Positions 24,765 through 38,489 of a stretch of DNA of 64,000 nucleotides are shown here, piece after piece (position 1 is the stretch's first letter; each line of letters begins with the position of its first letter). Source of the DNA: Torpedo marmorata (lineage: Eukaryota); contig OZ360232.1 of the NCBI GenBank assembly GCA_977017645.1, positions 81,096,001 to 81,160,000 on the forward strand, read 5' to 3'. The position numbers and the translations under genes were made by a program. A model generated the notes under the pieces. It saw only the letters and a program-made list of their open reading frames with translations, did no database searches and was not told where the DNA came from.

Positions 24765-26070
24765 TAGAATTCAGATTTCAGATTTATTGTCAGAGTACAT
24801 ACATGACATAACATACAACCCTGGGATTCCTTTTTCCCTGGGGTTGCAGCAGAATTACCACTAATTGGTAGTGCAAAAGAAACTGTACACAGCGTAAAAA
24901 TGTAAACAAACAAAAGAACTGTAAACAGATAACGAATGTAAACAAACTGTGTGCAATACAGGGAGAGCAAAGAAAATCAATAGTGCACAAGAGTCCTTAA
25001 ATGAGTCTCTGATTGACTTTGTCGTTGAGGATTCTGATGGTAGAGGGGTAGCAGCTGTTCCTGAACCTGGTGGTGTGAGTCTTGTGGCACCTATACCTCT
25101 TTCCTGATGGCAGCAGCGAGAACAGAGCGTGTGCTGGGTGGTGTGGGTGTTTGATGATTGCTGCTGCCCTCCGACGGCAGCGTTCCATGTAGATGTACTC
25201 AATAGTGGGGAGGGTTTTGCCTGTAATGTCCTGGGCTGTGTCCACTACCTTTTGGAGGGCTTTACACAGGGGTATTGGTTTCCCATACCAGACCGTGATG
25301 CAGCCGGTCAGCACACTTTCCACACACATTGGTAGAAATTTGCCAGGGATCCTGATGTCATAACAAACCTCCGCAAACTCCTGAGAAAGTAGAGGCGCTG
25401 ACGTGCTTTCTTCACGATGCCATTGGTGTGTTGGGTCCAGGAAAGATCCTCCGAAAGTGACTCCCATGAACCTAACTTTGCTCACCCTCTCCACCTCTGA
25501 TCCCCCAATGATCACTGGATTGTATACCTCTGACTTTACTTTCCTGAAGTAAACAATCAACTCCTTAGTTTTGGTGACATTGAGTGCAAGGTTGTTATTG
25601 GTGCACCATTCAGCCAGGTTTTCAATCTCCATCCTGTATGCTGACTCATTCCCTTCCTTTATACAACCCACTACCGTGGTATCGTCGGCAAATTTGTAGA
25701 TGGTGTTATTGTCGTACCGAGCTACACAGTCGTAGGTGTAAAGTGAGTAGAGCAGGGGGCTAAGAACACAGCCCTGATGGAGATTGTGGAGGAGAAGTTC
25801 TTGCCAATCTTCACTGATTGTGGTCTGGAGGTGAGGAAATCCATGATCCAGTTACGCAGTGGGGTGTTAACTCCCAGGTCTTGGAGTTTGCTGATCAGTT
25901 TTGAGGGGATGATGGTGTTAAATGCCGAACTGTAGTTGATAAAGAGCATCCTGATATATGCATCTTTGCTGTCCAGGTGTTCCAGGGCTTTGTGTTGGAC
26001 CAGTGAGATGGCATCCACCGTTGCCGTGATAGGCGAACTGGAATGGATCCATGTCACTGCTCAGACAGGA
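24765..26070 (-). mobile_element. Rex1/Babar LINE (second subfamily), degraded
   Basis: [60 protein letters not shown]. Confidence 0.9.
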
Positions 26071-26964
26071 GCATAAAAAGGGTTCTTGATCCATAAATAA
26101 GAACAGTACATCTGAATGACCAAGTAGTTTTTTTCAATTACAAGAATGAAAGTGCTTCTAAAATAAAACAAATTGTGATATCTTATGGTAATTGTTAAAT
26201 GCATTGCTTAAGTTTTAATGGAAATTTGAATGGTGAACAGGGCTTCTGAAGCGCCTCGAGCATTGACTGCTTCCTAATCATGGGGTGCAGAATCATGGGC
26301 GAAGGAGGGTGACTTGGATGCCTCGAGTTTATGTTCACCACTGGAATGGATGAGAGGTGGTGGCATCGGAGACTCGATGTCTCCTGAAGGGATTATTTTG
26401 CTTTTCTTTCCATCCTTGGTAGGAACACTGGACCAATGCGCCTCTTTAGGTGCTTTTACAGGCAAAATAAATACATTTTCTGTGTTTATGTAAATGACAA
26501 TAAAGGAAACTTGAACCTCAAAGGGGTAATTTACTGTCGCTATTTAACCTACCAACACATCTCCGGGATGTAGAAAGAAACTGGAGGAGTTGGCAGAAAC
26601 CCATGCAGTCATGGGGTGAATATGCAATACCATATCGACTCTACTCAAGGTTAGAATCAATCCCAGGCTTAATGCTGTGGTATTGTGCTTTCACCTAGAT
26701 ATTCTTGCCATTGAATACAGCATGCATTTTATGGACCATGACCAGAATTTTATTTGACTTCCTTACTCCCATCACAATGTTGAATACTTAGTGTAATTTG
26801 TTTCCCTGTAACTATTTTGAATGCTCTATACTGGCTTGTTAAAATAGTGCAACATAATTTTGTATCCTAACTGGTTTGCGGGGTTGGTGGGCCTGGTGAT
26901 CTTATTCCTGGTGGGATTTGATTTGCCTGTCAGTTGTGTCTGAGTTGTCACATTAGCAACTAAG

Positions 26965-27822
26965 TTGTGGGCTTTATTTTTATGATCATCTACGTGATCC
27001 CACCACTAAACATGTCTTTCCTTCTCTTCCTCTCTCTGCCTTCTGCTGGGACCGCTCCCTCTGACTTCCTCGTCCTCTCCTCCCTTCCCACCATTTGCCC
27101 CCTTGGCACCTACCCCTGTGACCACAGGAGAGATGCTCCACTTGTGCCCACACCTCCTCCCTCACCACCATTCAGGGCCCAAAACAGTCCTTCCAAGTGA
27201 AGCAACACATGACTTGTGAATCTGCAGGGGTCATCTACTGTATCTGGTGCTCCTCTAAATTGGCGAGACTGGACGCAGACTGGGAGATCGCTTCGTTGAG
27301 CACCTCTGCTCCGTCTGCCGACATGTCTGTCTGTGGTCTCATGCACTGCCAGATTAAACCACTCGCAAATTGGAGGAACAACACCTCAGCAAATTGGAGG
27401 AACAACACCTCATATTCCGACTGCGCACCCTCCATTTGGATGGCATTAACATCAACTTCTCTGGTTTGTGTTAGCTCCCCCTCCATCTTTACCTTGTTCG
27501 TTCTCTCTCTCTCTCTCTCTCTTTTCCCTCTCTCTATTCACAAAGACATAAACTACCCCCTCCTCATCAATTCTCACCTGTCCTCTCATCCAATTAACAC
27601 CTTTTGTCTGTTGCTCTGTGCTCCTCCCCCTTCCATTCCCTTTTTCACCAGCTTTTTTAATATTGGCCCCTTGCCTGCTTTTTGCTTATACATTGAAGGG
27701 CTCAGGCCTGAAACGTCAATAATATATCTTTACCTTCTATGGACACTGCGAGACCTGCTGAGTTCCTCCAGCATTTCTGTGTTTTACTTCAATCACAGCA
27801 TCTGCAGACTTTCGTCTTTAAC
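26965..27822 (+). mobile_element. Penelope-like element 3' part (GIY-YIG endonuclease + pLTR)
   Basis: KQHMTCESAGVIYCIWCS..IGETGRRLGDRFVEHL across frames. pLTR with gaagggctcaggcctgaaacgtc. Internal 24-bp tandem duplication at ~27366-27413. Confidence 0.85.
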
Positions 27823-28859
27823 TTTATTTTTATGATCTCTGGAAGGCACAGTGGGTATCAGTTTTTACACCAATGTTATAAAATGTCTGGAGGAGGGTGG
27901 TGTCAGGTTTTTGCATATGCTTGGATTTCAACTTTTGCTGAAGGTGGCTTTCTCACAGAGTGTACTTATTTTTAGGGCAGGAGTTCAAACTTATCTTTTG
28001 AGGACAAAATATGTAATTATGACTTAAAGCTAGCAGAAGAACATTCAAATGAAAATTCTTACGCATGTCTTGTGTTTTTCAACTAACTAGCATTTGGCCA
28101 AATTGGAGCAATTTCTCTGCTACACATTAATGCTTCAGTATACATTGTTGCTGGAATATACAGGCTTTGACTGACTAGATGGTGGAATTAAAGTTTAAAA
28201 AAACTGCTAGAGGCACTCAGCGGAACAGGCAGTATCCCTGAAAAGAAATGAACAGTCGACGTTTCGTGTCAAAACCATAGTTCAGGTCATTCATTGTCCA
28301 GATCTGCAGCTCATTTGTTTAAATTATGCAGACACTGACAACACGTCTACTGAGGTTGAGTTCTGCATTGATTTAGCAGTGCCTTTTTGTTTGTGGCGAA
28401 GAAGGCAAGAGCAAAGAAGTTTTCTTGACTGGCAATTTTCATTTACTTCGATGGCTTGCTTCCAATCTGTTCTTAATTTTCATCATAATTGGCACTGCTG
28501 ATGACTTTCAAAAATGTATAAAATGCCATGTAAAATTCACGGAAATAATTGGTAATAATATTACTTTGAACTTAAGTTGAATCTATATGTTTTTCTAATA
28601 TAGACCGAATTTAAGTAATCTGCAAGAAACTCTCATGATGAGTACCAATATTTGGTTTAACGTGGTGTTAGCTGAACATCTCAGGCCACTTTACTTGTGT
28701 AGTGATAGTTGTCTAGGCTTTTATTAGCAAAGCCAAATGTGTTATTCTTGATTTATTTAAAAAACTATTGTTTGAAACTTAAAACTTAATTCTTAGCAAT
28801 TGCATTTATATTGCTAGTAGATTATCAGCCTGGCAATGCAACACCAACTATTAAGGACC

Positions 28860-29260
28860 CTGACTTCCTACAACAAGAGCACTATGGAAAGTACACTGAC
28901 TGGTTGCATCACAACGTGATGAGTGTATGATGAGTGCCCAGAAAAGCAGCAGGCTGCAGAAGGTAGCAAACATTGAAAACGCCTATGTAAAGCCCTGACT
29001 CAAGAAGGCACCCAACATCATAAAGGTCCCCCAATACCTTGGTCACAATTCTTCACTGATACCTTCGGGAAGAAGGTACAGAAGCCTGAAGACCAGCACC
29101 TCGAGGTTCAAAATGGTTCCTTCCCAGTGGCGATCAGGCTCTTGAACCTGCCCTTGTTACACTGACAATAAAGTACTCAGAATCACAAAAGGCCTGTCTG
29201 CACTATCGTAATGCCACTTTTTTTCTGCACTATGGTAACTGGATATTTATTTATCTATCT
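28860..29260 (+). mobile_element. Old Rex1/Babar 3' remnant
   Basis: ESTLTGCIT and PSGRRYRSLKTST.RF remnants. Confidence 0.6.
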
Positions 29261-29667
29261 TTTGTATTATCTCTTTTCATCTGGTAACTTAATGTATACT
29301 ATTGCAGCATGGAATAATTTCAGTGCATATGTACATTGTATAATGTATATGATAATAAGCTCATGATTATTATTAGAATATTTGATCCCTCTATCAAGAT
29401 TAGTTTGCTGAGAATGATCAGGAGATCAAATGGCCAGGAGATCATAAAGCTTGTTGTCTGAAATACAAGACTTTTTTGGGGTAGAAATTTGCTAATTATC
29501 ATGGTATGTATGGATTCCTCAAAGCCAACTGCTGTCTTGCGCCCAAGGCCTAACTCGCTTACAGCCTTGAATGGAAAATAACTTGTCAAAATCAGAGGTG
29601 GTTATTGCCTGCTCAAAGGAGCAGTTTGAACATCTTGGTATTAGAGACTTAATTCTTGATCTGAGCA

Positions 29668-29886
29668 ACCATGACTCCATTCGACATCAAATTATCTGGT
29701 TCAGCTTCTTTGCTCCTAACCAAGGTGAATTTGAAAAGACCATGACTCCATTCGACATCAAATTATCTGGTTCAGCTTCTTTGCTCCTAACCAAGGTGAA
29801 TTTGAAAAGACCATGACTCCATTCGACATCAAATTATCTGGTTCAGCTTCTTTGCTCTTAACCAAGGTGAATTTGAAAAGACCATG
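29668..29886. repeat. 71-bp tandem repeat, 3 near-perfect copies
   Basis: accatgactccattcgacatcaaattatctgg...gaaaag units start at 29668, 29739 and 29810. Confidence 0.95.
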
Positions 29887-30234
29887 TGTCAATTGAAGAG
29901 CAGGAAGACCTGAAGAACAGACCGTATCCCTGCTGAAATTACAAAACCTGATGGAGAGTCATTTCAGACATAAATTCATAATCATCTTTCCCATATCTAA
30001 AAAGCACAATAGAAGTGTTCTTGTGACCAGAACCGTGCGCAATACTCAAAGTGCAGTCTCACCAATGTCTTACACAGATGCAATGTGGCATACCTGCTCC
30101 TGTACTTATTGCCATGACCAGTGAAGGCAAGTGCCATATACCTTCTTCACTACCCTGTCTACCTGTGTCGTCACTTTATTGGGACAGTGTACCTGTACTC
30201 CCAGGTCTCTGTGTTCTTATCATTCTCCAGGGCC

Positions 30235-31248
30235 ACACGCGCGTTATATGCGTTTTTTACAAACCAGGTACACCCCTGCGCGTTATATGCGTGTGCGCGC
30301 TATACGAGAATATTTTTACATGTTGAAACAACGCGCACAATTGAAATCATGACAGGATTAAATCCTGCTTAACTCTGAAGCCGATCTATTTAATTGAATC
30401 CTCTCCAAAACTTAGTGTTGCAGGAGTATGTCATCTATATAATGGGCGATTAACCCCTCTGGGGGGAGTTGAATGGGCGTAAATCGCGGGAGATTAACTG
30501 TGGCAGATAGTGGGACTATGGAATGCGTTTGTCTCATGTCCCAAGTAAATGTTTTGGCTCATGTCCCAGGTACTGGGTAAATGAGACAAGAATGTGTTTT
30601 GTCTCATGTCCCAAGAACGCGCGCAATTTATAGTGGGCGTGCAAACGTACGGTAATAGCGGCAATGAAAGAACGCGCACAATTTAAAGCTAGCGTGGGAA
30701 TGTACGGTAATAGCGGCAATGAAAGAACGTGCTCCATTTATAGCTAGCGTGGGAATTGTAATAGCGGCAATGATTCTGCCCTATGGCATCAGTTTAATCA
30801 TCCTCATTACATCAAATCAAACCATAAATTTCTCAATTGCACACCGTTTTTTAACAAGATAAGGTTTCTTTTAAAGAAAGGCTTTTTAAATCATGACAGT
30901 TTTAAGATCCTGCTTAATTCTGAAGCCTGTCTTCGATCTATTTAATTGAATCCTCTCCAAAACGTGTTAATGTGTTGCAGGAGTATGTCATCTATATAAT
31001 GAGCGATTAACACCTCTTGAGGGGAGGGTTGAATGGGTGTAAATAGCGGGAGATTAACTGTGGCAGATAGTGGGACTATGGAATGTGTTTTGTCTCATGT
31101 CCCAATTAAATGCAAATTGCTTTTGTCAGTCGGAATTTAGAATACTGCACCCGCGCAGAATATGCGTGTGCGCGTTATACGAAAATATTTTTACATAATT
31201 TATGATTTCTGCGCGTTATATGCGTGTGTGTTATGAGTGAAAATACGG
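30235..31248 (-). mobile_element. Truncated/rearranged pogo-type (CCGTATTT-ended) transposon inserted in a CR1 fragment
   Basis: Ends gaaaatacgg|TA. 30620-31248 is the reverse complement of 63080-63760. Internal duplication ~30346-30545 vs ~30890-31105. Confidence 0.8.
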
Positions 31249-31505
31249 TACTGTTTATGTCCTGCCCTGATTTAACTGACCAATATGTATCACTACGTTT
31301 ATCCGTTAATTTCATCTGCCATACCTCTGTCCACTTTCCCAGTTTATCTTGATCCTGTAGTAATAGTAGATGACCTTCTTCATCAATTTTGGTGTCATCT
31401 ACAAACTTACTGACCATTGCAGGGATCAGCACCAATACAATGGTGTGGGTAGATGGTGAGAAATGTTTCCCCATGATAGAGACATCTTAAGTCAAGAGGG
31501 CATGG

Positions 31506-32632
31506 TGTAACTGATGTGTTAATGTTAATATTAATATTTAAAGTTAAGTTATAGAATTATATATAGTAAGGTTAGTTGTGGGCTGGTACAGGGTCACACA
31601 CAGGTCACAGCACATTTGCAGGAAAATCCCATTACTCATAGTTCAGTTTGGAGTCGCCGCGTCTAAGAAGACAACAGCCAATAATGAAACAGAAGTGCAT
31701 TTAAGTGATTTAAGGACAATGTGTGGTTTTTAAAAGCCTTATGATAGCAGCTGTTGCAAACTCAAGTGCCATTTGAGTGACATGTGCCAGACTATTCAGA
31801 GTCGTATTCACTTATTATCTTGGAACAGAGATGAGGTAATGCTTTTGAAAATGAAACTAAAACTGTGGTGATGTAATGTCACATGATTTCAGAAATATAT
31901 AATGAAAGCAGAGAGACATTTTGAAACAGAAAGAAACACTGCACCAGACTGTAGAAACTGACACTTTGGAAAGCCAAAGATTTGAAGTCTGAAGAACTTT
32001 GATATTCTGGAAAGGCAGAATCCTTTTTATGAGCAGTGATCTCTGAATGAATGGATGTGCTGTTTCTGTGTATTATCCTTATCATAGGAGATACACCATA
32101 CAAGTGGCTTTTAAAATAAGTAAGACCACTTTCAAATTGTTTCTAAGAAAAGAGGACATCACCGTATGTTACTCCTGATCAAGAAATAAATCATCGTGAA
32201 GATCACAGTTCTGTAACCCTAACAAGATAGGGGGAAACTTGTGAACACACTCGTATGAAGACTATCTCTGAAAGACCACTCATCAACAAACGTGTGAGTT
32301 TGAAAGAAATCGAATACTCCATTCTTGCTTTATAATAACTTATGAATTACAATTTAAAAGGGATCCTGAAGTTCAACAAAAGAAGTTGGAAACTGGACTT
32401 TAAAAATTGACTTTTTCAGATTTAAGTTTAAATTGAAATAGTTTGGACTTTAACGCACACACATTTACATTTGCGCATAGTGGGGTTTAAGTTAGAGTTA
32501 AGTTTAGAGATAAGTAAGATATGTTATGTTATTAATAGTTTAAATAAAAACTATTTTTGAATTTACCATTGTCTGGTGCATATTCCATTGCTGTTCCTTT
32601 GTTAGTACTAACAGGGTTTGTTAGTTCGTAAC
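31506..32632 (+). mobile_element. Solo LTR of a different Gypsy-type family
   Basis: Begins TGTAAC and ends ...ttcGTAAC. Contains AATAAA near its 3' end, and interrupts a CR1 3' fragment (agagggcatgg|...|gtttaagattagg). Confidence 0.6.
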
Positions 32633-33485
32633 TGTTATGGACCATGACTGACCATTTGGACTGCGGACGGTTAGCAGGAAGGATGAATTCTTTTGGAGTA
32701 TACACTGGGGCCAGGTACTGAAAGAGTTAACTTCCCCAGCTACTTGGTGTACCCAGACAGAGAGAGACCAGAGAGAGACCCGACAAGATACATTTGTTTC
32801 ACTTCTACAAAAAGCAGGGGCAGATCTCTGCAAAGCAGACACAGTTGTGAGTTGCAAAGGCTACTGAACACAGCCAGATCCAGGCTTGTGTGCACAGTCA
32901 GAGAAATCTGGCAAAATAGCACATGGCCTCCTGTCTCAGAAAAATTCTGGAAAAAAGCAACTTCTGTGGAGAACAGGCGTGAGATCAGCGAGACTAGCTG
33001 TGAGATTCAAGCATATGCCTAAATCAGTGGTATACTGATCTGGAACTTGCAATCCTTATGAACCTACAAGAAGGGGACGTCATCATAGAAGAAAACAAGT
33101 ATTTGTAAGCATAACAGTCATTGTCTCTCTCCAACGTTCATTCAGAAGTACTTCTACCAGACCCAGAGCTGAAGTGAAGCCTGAACTTAGAGAGTGAATC
33201 TTGTGGACTATTTATCTTTTTTTTGACTGACTTGTTTTTTTATGACTGACCTGGGGTTTTAGGGGAAAGTTTTTCCATTTTTTCATAAGGGTTGGGCACA
33301 GACTGTAATGGTCTGGGCTTTACACACACACACATACACCTTTTAGATAAGAATAGAGTTTATAGACGTTTATAGTGGGGTTAATTGTTGTGAAATTATA
33401 TGTTTACTTGTGTTTAATAAATAATAATTTCAATTTACCCCTTTTGCATTGCGTCTTCTGTCGTTGCTGGTTTGATTATGTAACA
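32633..33485 (+). repeat. 5' LTR (853 bp)
   Basis: Direct repeat of 37603-38489, roughly 99% identical by eye. Confidence 0.95.
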
Positions 33486-33616
33486 AATTGGGGGCTCGTT
33501 GCGGGATTTGAATCAAAATCCATCTTGGTAATTGAAGGAATCCCAGTTTGGTTTAAGGCATTCCTTTTGTAAAGCTAATTAAAAGCTAGTGTGTGTGTAA
33601 CAAAAAACCAGCAACA

Positions 33617-36600
33617 ATGGATGTAGAACATTTTTTGGAATCACCTGAACCTGATACTTTAAAAAAGGCGAAAAAGGAACAGTTAGTGGCTATAGCAACA
33701 GAGTTGGGCATTGCTTCTGTAAAACCATCTATGAAAAAGGCAGAGATTGGGAGAAAAATAGTCAAATACTATATAAAAGAAAAAAAATGTGAGGAGAGCA
33801 TGTTAGAGCAGTTTCCCAAGGGTAAACCTTCTGAAAACATACAGTTGGAATGAAAGAAATTCGAATTAGAGGCAGACAGGGAACAAAAGAACAGGGAATT
33901 GGAACAAAAGAAATTAGAATTGGAATTGGAACGAAAGAGATTAGACATGGAGATAGACAGAGAACAAAAGAGATATGAGAACGAGGAGAAAAATAAGATA
34001 TATATGCTGGAAAAGATGAGGTTGGAAAATGAGAGGAGACAAGAAGAGCGCCAAGATCAAATTCGTCATCCTGCTGAGGTGTTTTTGGCTAGTAGAGAAG
34101 TTAGGTTGGTTCCTCCATTTGAGGAAGCAGAAATAGATAAGTACTTCCAACATTTTGAGAAAGTGGCTGTGAAATTAAAATGGCCACAAGACCAATGGTC
34201 TCTTATGTTACAAAGTGTAATAAAAGGAAAAGCTCAGCAAGCTTATTGTACTCTTACCACGGAACAAGCTGCTGATTATGAAACAGTGAAAAAGGCTATA
34301 CTCCAGGCTTATGAGTTAGTTCCAGAGGCTTATAGACAGAAGTTTAGAAATTTAAAAAGATCAGCAACCCAATCTTATACAAAGTTTGCCTATGAAAAGG
34401 TTGTGTGTTTTGACCGGTGGTGCACATCTAAGGAAGTAAACAATGATTACAATCAATTGAGAGAATTGATAATAATCGAGGAGATAAAAAGGTGTGTTCC
34501 TGAGGATATTAAGGCATACTTAGATGAAAAGGAGGTGAAAACTTGGCAAAATTCAGCTAAGTTAGCAGATGAATATGCTTTAACCCACAAGCCTAAGTGG
34601 ACATCAGGTAGAATTTTCCAAAAGGTCACGGTGGATAATCAGAAGCAAGTGGAAAGTAAATTTGGAAGTGGTGTTAAGGAAAGGGATGAAGGAAAGTGGA
34701 AAAGGGAAAACAATTCAGGTCCCATTTGCCACTACTGTAGAAAGGCTGGTCATATGCTAGCAAGCTGTCCAGTGTTGAAAAAGAAGAGAGAAAAGGATGC
34801 AACACCTAATGCGTGTATTCAGAGTGAGAAGATGCATAACACCCAGGAAGGAGATAAATTTACTGACAAAGTTAAAGATGTATTTAAACCTTTTGTGACT
34901 GATGGTTTTGTTTCAGTTAAGGCAGGATCAAAACAAGTTCCAGTGAAAATCTTGCGAGATACTGGAGCTGCTCAGTCACTTGTGTTAGATAGTGTCTTGG
35001 AATTTTGTGAAGCTACTGACACCGGTGACATAAATTTAATAAAAGGAATTGGTGGTGAGGTAGAGTCCATTCCTTTGCACAAAATAGTATTGGATTCAGA
35101 CTTGGTGGAAGGACCAGTTATAATAGGAGTGAGATCAGAGTTGCCAGTAGAAGGAGTCTCACTGTTGTTAGGCAATGACTTGGCCAAGGGTAAAGTAGTT
35201 CCTGCAGTGAGAATGACCACTAAGCCAGTCATTGATAAGTCAGAGAAGGACTCTGATATTTATCCGGCATGTGCCATAACCAGGGCCATGTCTAAGAAAA
35301 ATGTCACTGTAGAGAAGGCAGTGGAAAATAACTTGGTAAAAGAAAAAGAAACTGATAATCAAGAAAACCTGGAAACGGTTGAGCTATCTCCTATGTTACA
35401 CCCATCCACTGATAAGACACCTAAAGGCACAGATTTGTCACTATCCCGACAGGAGTTAATAGCAAGGCAAAAGGACGATCCGGATCTTGCTGAGGTGAGG
35501 GATAAGGTTCTCTCTGAAGAGGAGATTAAAAAGGTGCCAGTAGGGTATTATGAAAAAGATGGGGTGTTGATGAGAAAGTGGAGACCACGTGATGTTCCTG
35601 CCAATGAAGAATGGGCAGTAGTGCAGCAGGTTGTGATCCCTAAAGTATATAGGGATGAAATAATAACTTTGGCTCATAGTACACCCTTAGGTGGTCATCT
35701 TGGGGTGAAGAAAACTGATAATGAAACAGTTTTATTGGCCCAGTTTGAGAAGGGAGGTTGTAAGCTTTTGCCGGGCCTGTCACACTTGTCAGGTGGTGGG
35801 TAAACCTAATCAGGGTCCCCCCGGTGGCACCCTTGCAACCTATCCCTGCTTTCAGTGAGCCTTTCTTGAGAGTAATTGTGGACTGTGTTGGCCCATTGCC
35901 CAAAACCAAAGCGGGGAATGAATATTTGTTAACAATTATGTGTGCAGCCACCAGATTTCCAGAGGCCATTCATCTGAGAAACATAAAAGCAAAGTCAATT
36001 GTAAAGGCTATGGTAAAGTTTTTCACCTTGGTAGGTTTGCCAAGGGAAATTCAATCAGATCAGGGCAGTAATTTCATGTCAGGCGTTTTCCAACAAGTTG
36101 TTGATGGACTAGGAGTTAAACAGATTGTATCCTCTGCGTACCATCCAGAAAGTCAAGGGGCTTTGGAGAGGTTCCATTCGACTTTGAAAACCATGATTAG
36201 AACCTATTGTTGTGAGAAGGAAAAGGATTGGGATGAGGGGGTTCATTTGTTGTTATTTGCAGCGAGGGAGTCTGTCCAAGATTCACTCGGTTTTAGTCCA
36301 TTCGAGTTAGTTTTCGGACATGAGGTGAGAGGTCCTTTAAGATTATTAAAAGAACAGTGGATTAATCGTGATGTGCATTTAAATCTGTTAGATTATGTTT
36401 CCAAATTTAAGGATTGGTAACATAGGGCTTGTGAGATGGCAAAGGAGAATTTAAAGGCCACTCAACAGAGAATGAAGGTTTGGTATGATCGAAAGGCGAA
36501 GATGAGAACTTTTAAACCTGGTGAGAACGTATTAGTTCTGTTTCCCATCCATTCAAATCCTCTTAGGGCTAGATTTTCAGGACCCTATAGAGTTAAGTCA

Positions 36601-37470
36601 AAAATTAATGATGTCACCAATGTCATAGAAACACCTAATCGCAGACGAGACACACAGGTCTGTCATGTGAATATGATTAAGCCATATTTTGAACAGGTGC
36701 CACACAAAGGGACTGAACATTTACCAGAGGTGCTGGTTATTGACAGGGGTAAGGAGGAGACAGATAAAACCAGATTCAGAGAGGGTCATGGGACTGTTAA
36801 TTCTTGGAGTTATGTCATAGGACAGGGGAAGTTGGCGCCAGTAGAGGCAAAGGTTGTCGCTATTTCCGAGTTCCCTGTTCCAACTGGTAAGAAAACTCTG
36901 AGGAGGTTCCTGGGAATGATTGGCTACTACCGCAAGTTCTGTAAAAACTTTGCTGATCTTGCGCTCCCTCTCACAAATTTGCTTAGAAAGAAAGAGAAAT
37001 TTGTATGGTCAACAGGTTGTCAGGAAGCATTTGTCAAATTGAAAGCCATGTTATGCCACCAACCTGTGCTTAAGTCACCTAATTTAGAACAGTCGTTTTC
37101 TTTAGCCGTGGATGCCAGCGAGGAAGCTGTGGGTGCGGTGCTGTTACAGAAGAAGAACGAAGAGGACATTGACCATCCGGTATCCTACTTCTCGAAGAAG
37201 TTCAATGATCATCAAAGGAATTATTCAACTATAGAGAAAGAGTTGTTGGCTCTTGTGTTGGCTCTACAACATTTTGATGTGTATATCTGTACTGCTCAAA
37301 AACCACTCATAGTGTATACTGACCATAATACATTGGTTTTTCTTTGTAAAATGAAAAATAAGAATCGACGGTTGTTGAATTGGAGTCTAATTTTGCAAGA
37401 ATATAATTTGGTAATCACTCATATAAAAGGGAGAGATAATGTAATTGCTGATTGTCTTTCTAGATGTTAA
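33617..37470 (+). pseudogene. Disrupted gag-pol of the Gmr1-like element
   Basis: SCAN-like gag (VPEAYRQKFR), CCHC knuckle CHYCRKAGHMLASC, protease LRDTGA, integrase (HSTPLGGHLG..C..C; VIVDCVGPLP; SDQGSNF), RNase H (LAVDAS..YSTIEKELLAL..YTDH). In-frame stops at 33851 and 36418, frameshift near 35717. Confidence 0.92.
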
Positions 37471-37602
37471 ACTTTATCAATGAAAATAGTTCATATTTTG
37501 TATTTGTGGATAAACATTGTAGATTTTGTTTATATTCTGACACCTCACTTACTTTCCTAAATTTTGTTCTTGCAGACCAAAATTTCCTTTGAGGGTGGGA
37601 GG

Positions 37603-38489
37603 TGTTATGGACATGACTGACCATTTGGACTGCGGACGGTTAGCAGGAAGGATGAATTCTTTTGGAGTATACACTGGGGCCAGGTACTGAAAGAGTTAAC
37701 TTCCCCAGCTACTTGGTGTACCCAGACAAGATACATTGTTGCACTTTTGGTGTACCCAGACAGAGAGAGACCAGAGAGAGACCCGACAAGATACATTTGT
37801 TTCACTTCTGCAAAAAGCAGGGGCAGATCTCTGCAAAGCAGACACAGTTGTGAGTTGCAAAGGCTACTGAACACAGCCAGATCCAGGCTTGTGTGCACAG
37901 TCAGAGAAATCTGGCAAAATAGCACATGGCCTCCTGTCTCAGAAAAATTCTGGAAAAAAGCAACTTCTGTGGAGAACAGGCGTGAGATCAGCGAGACTAG
38001 CTGTGAGATTCAAGCATACGCCTAAATCAGTGGTATACTGATCTGGAACTTGCAATCCTTATGAACCTACAAGAAGGGGACGTCATCAGAGAAGAAAACA
38101 AGTATTTGTAAGCATAACAGTCATTGTCTCTCTCCAACGTTCATTCAGAAGTACTTCTACCAGACCCAGAGCTGAAGTGAAGCCTGAACTTAGAGAGTGA
38201 ATCTTGTGGACTGTTTATCTTTTTTTTTGACTGACTTGTTTTTTTATGACTGACCTGGGGTTTTTGGGGAAAGTTTTTCCATTTTTTCATAAGGGTTGGG
38301 CACAGACTGTAATGGTCTGGGCTTTACACACACACACATACACCTTTTAGATAAGAATAGAGTTTATAGACGTTTATAGTGGGGTTAATTGTTGTGAAAT
38401 TATATGTTTACTTGTGTTTAATAAATAATAATTTCAATTTACCCCTTTTGCATTGCGTCTTCTGTCGTTGCTGGTTTGATTATGTAACA
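37603..38489 (+). repeat. 3' LTR (887 bp)
   Basis: Direct repeat of the 5' LTR with an extra 34 bp. Confidence 0.95.

Larger units (their letters stand above)
32633..38489 (+). mobile_element. Gmr1-like Ty3/Gypsy LTR retrotransposon (gag-PR-IN-partial RT-RNase H), defective
   Basis: TGTTA...TAACA LTRs at 32633-33485 and 37603-38489. tRNA-Pro-like PBS TGGGGGCTCGTtgCGGGATTTGAA at ~33489. PPT gagggtgggagg at 37591-37602. Confidence 0.95.

Noticed and set aside
32693-33022. Short ORFs repeated in both LTRs as an accessory or env gene
   Set aside because: No recognisable domain, non-ATG starts, and the frame differs between the LTRs because of the 34-bp indel.
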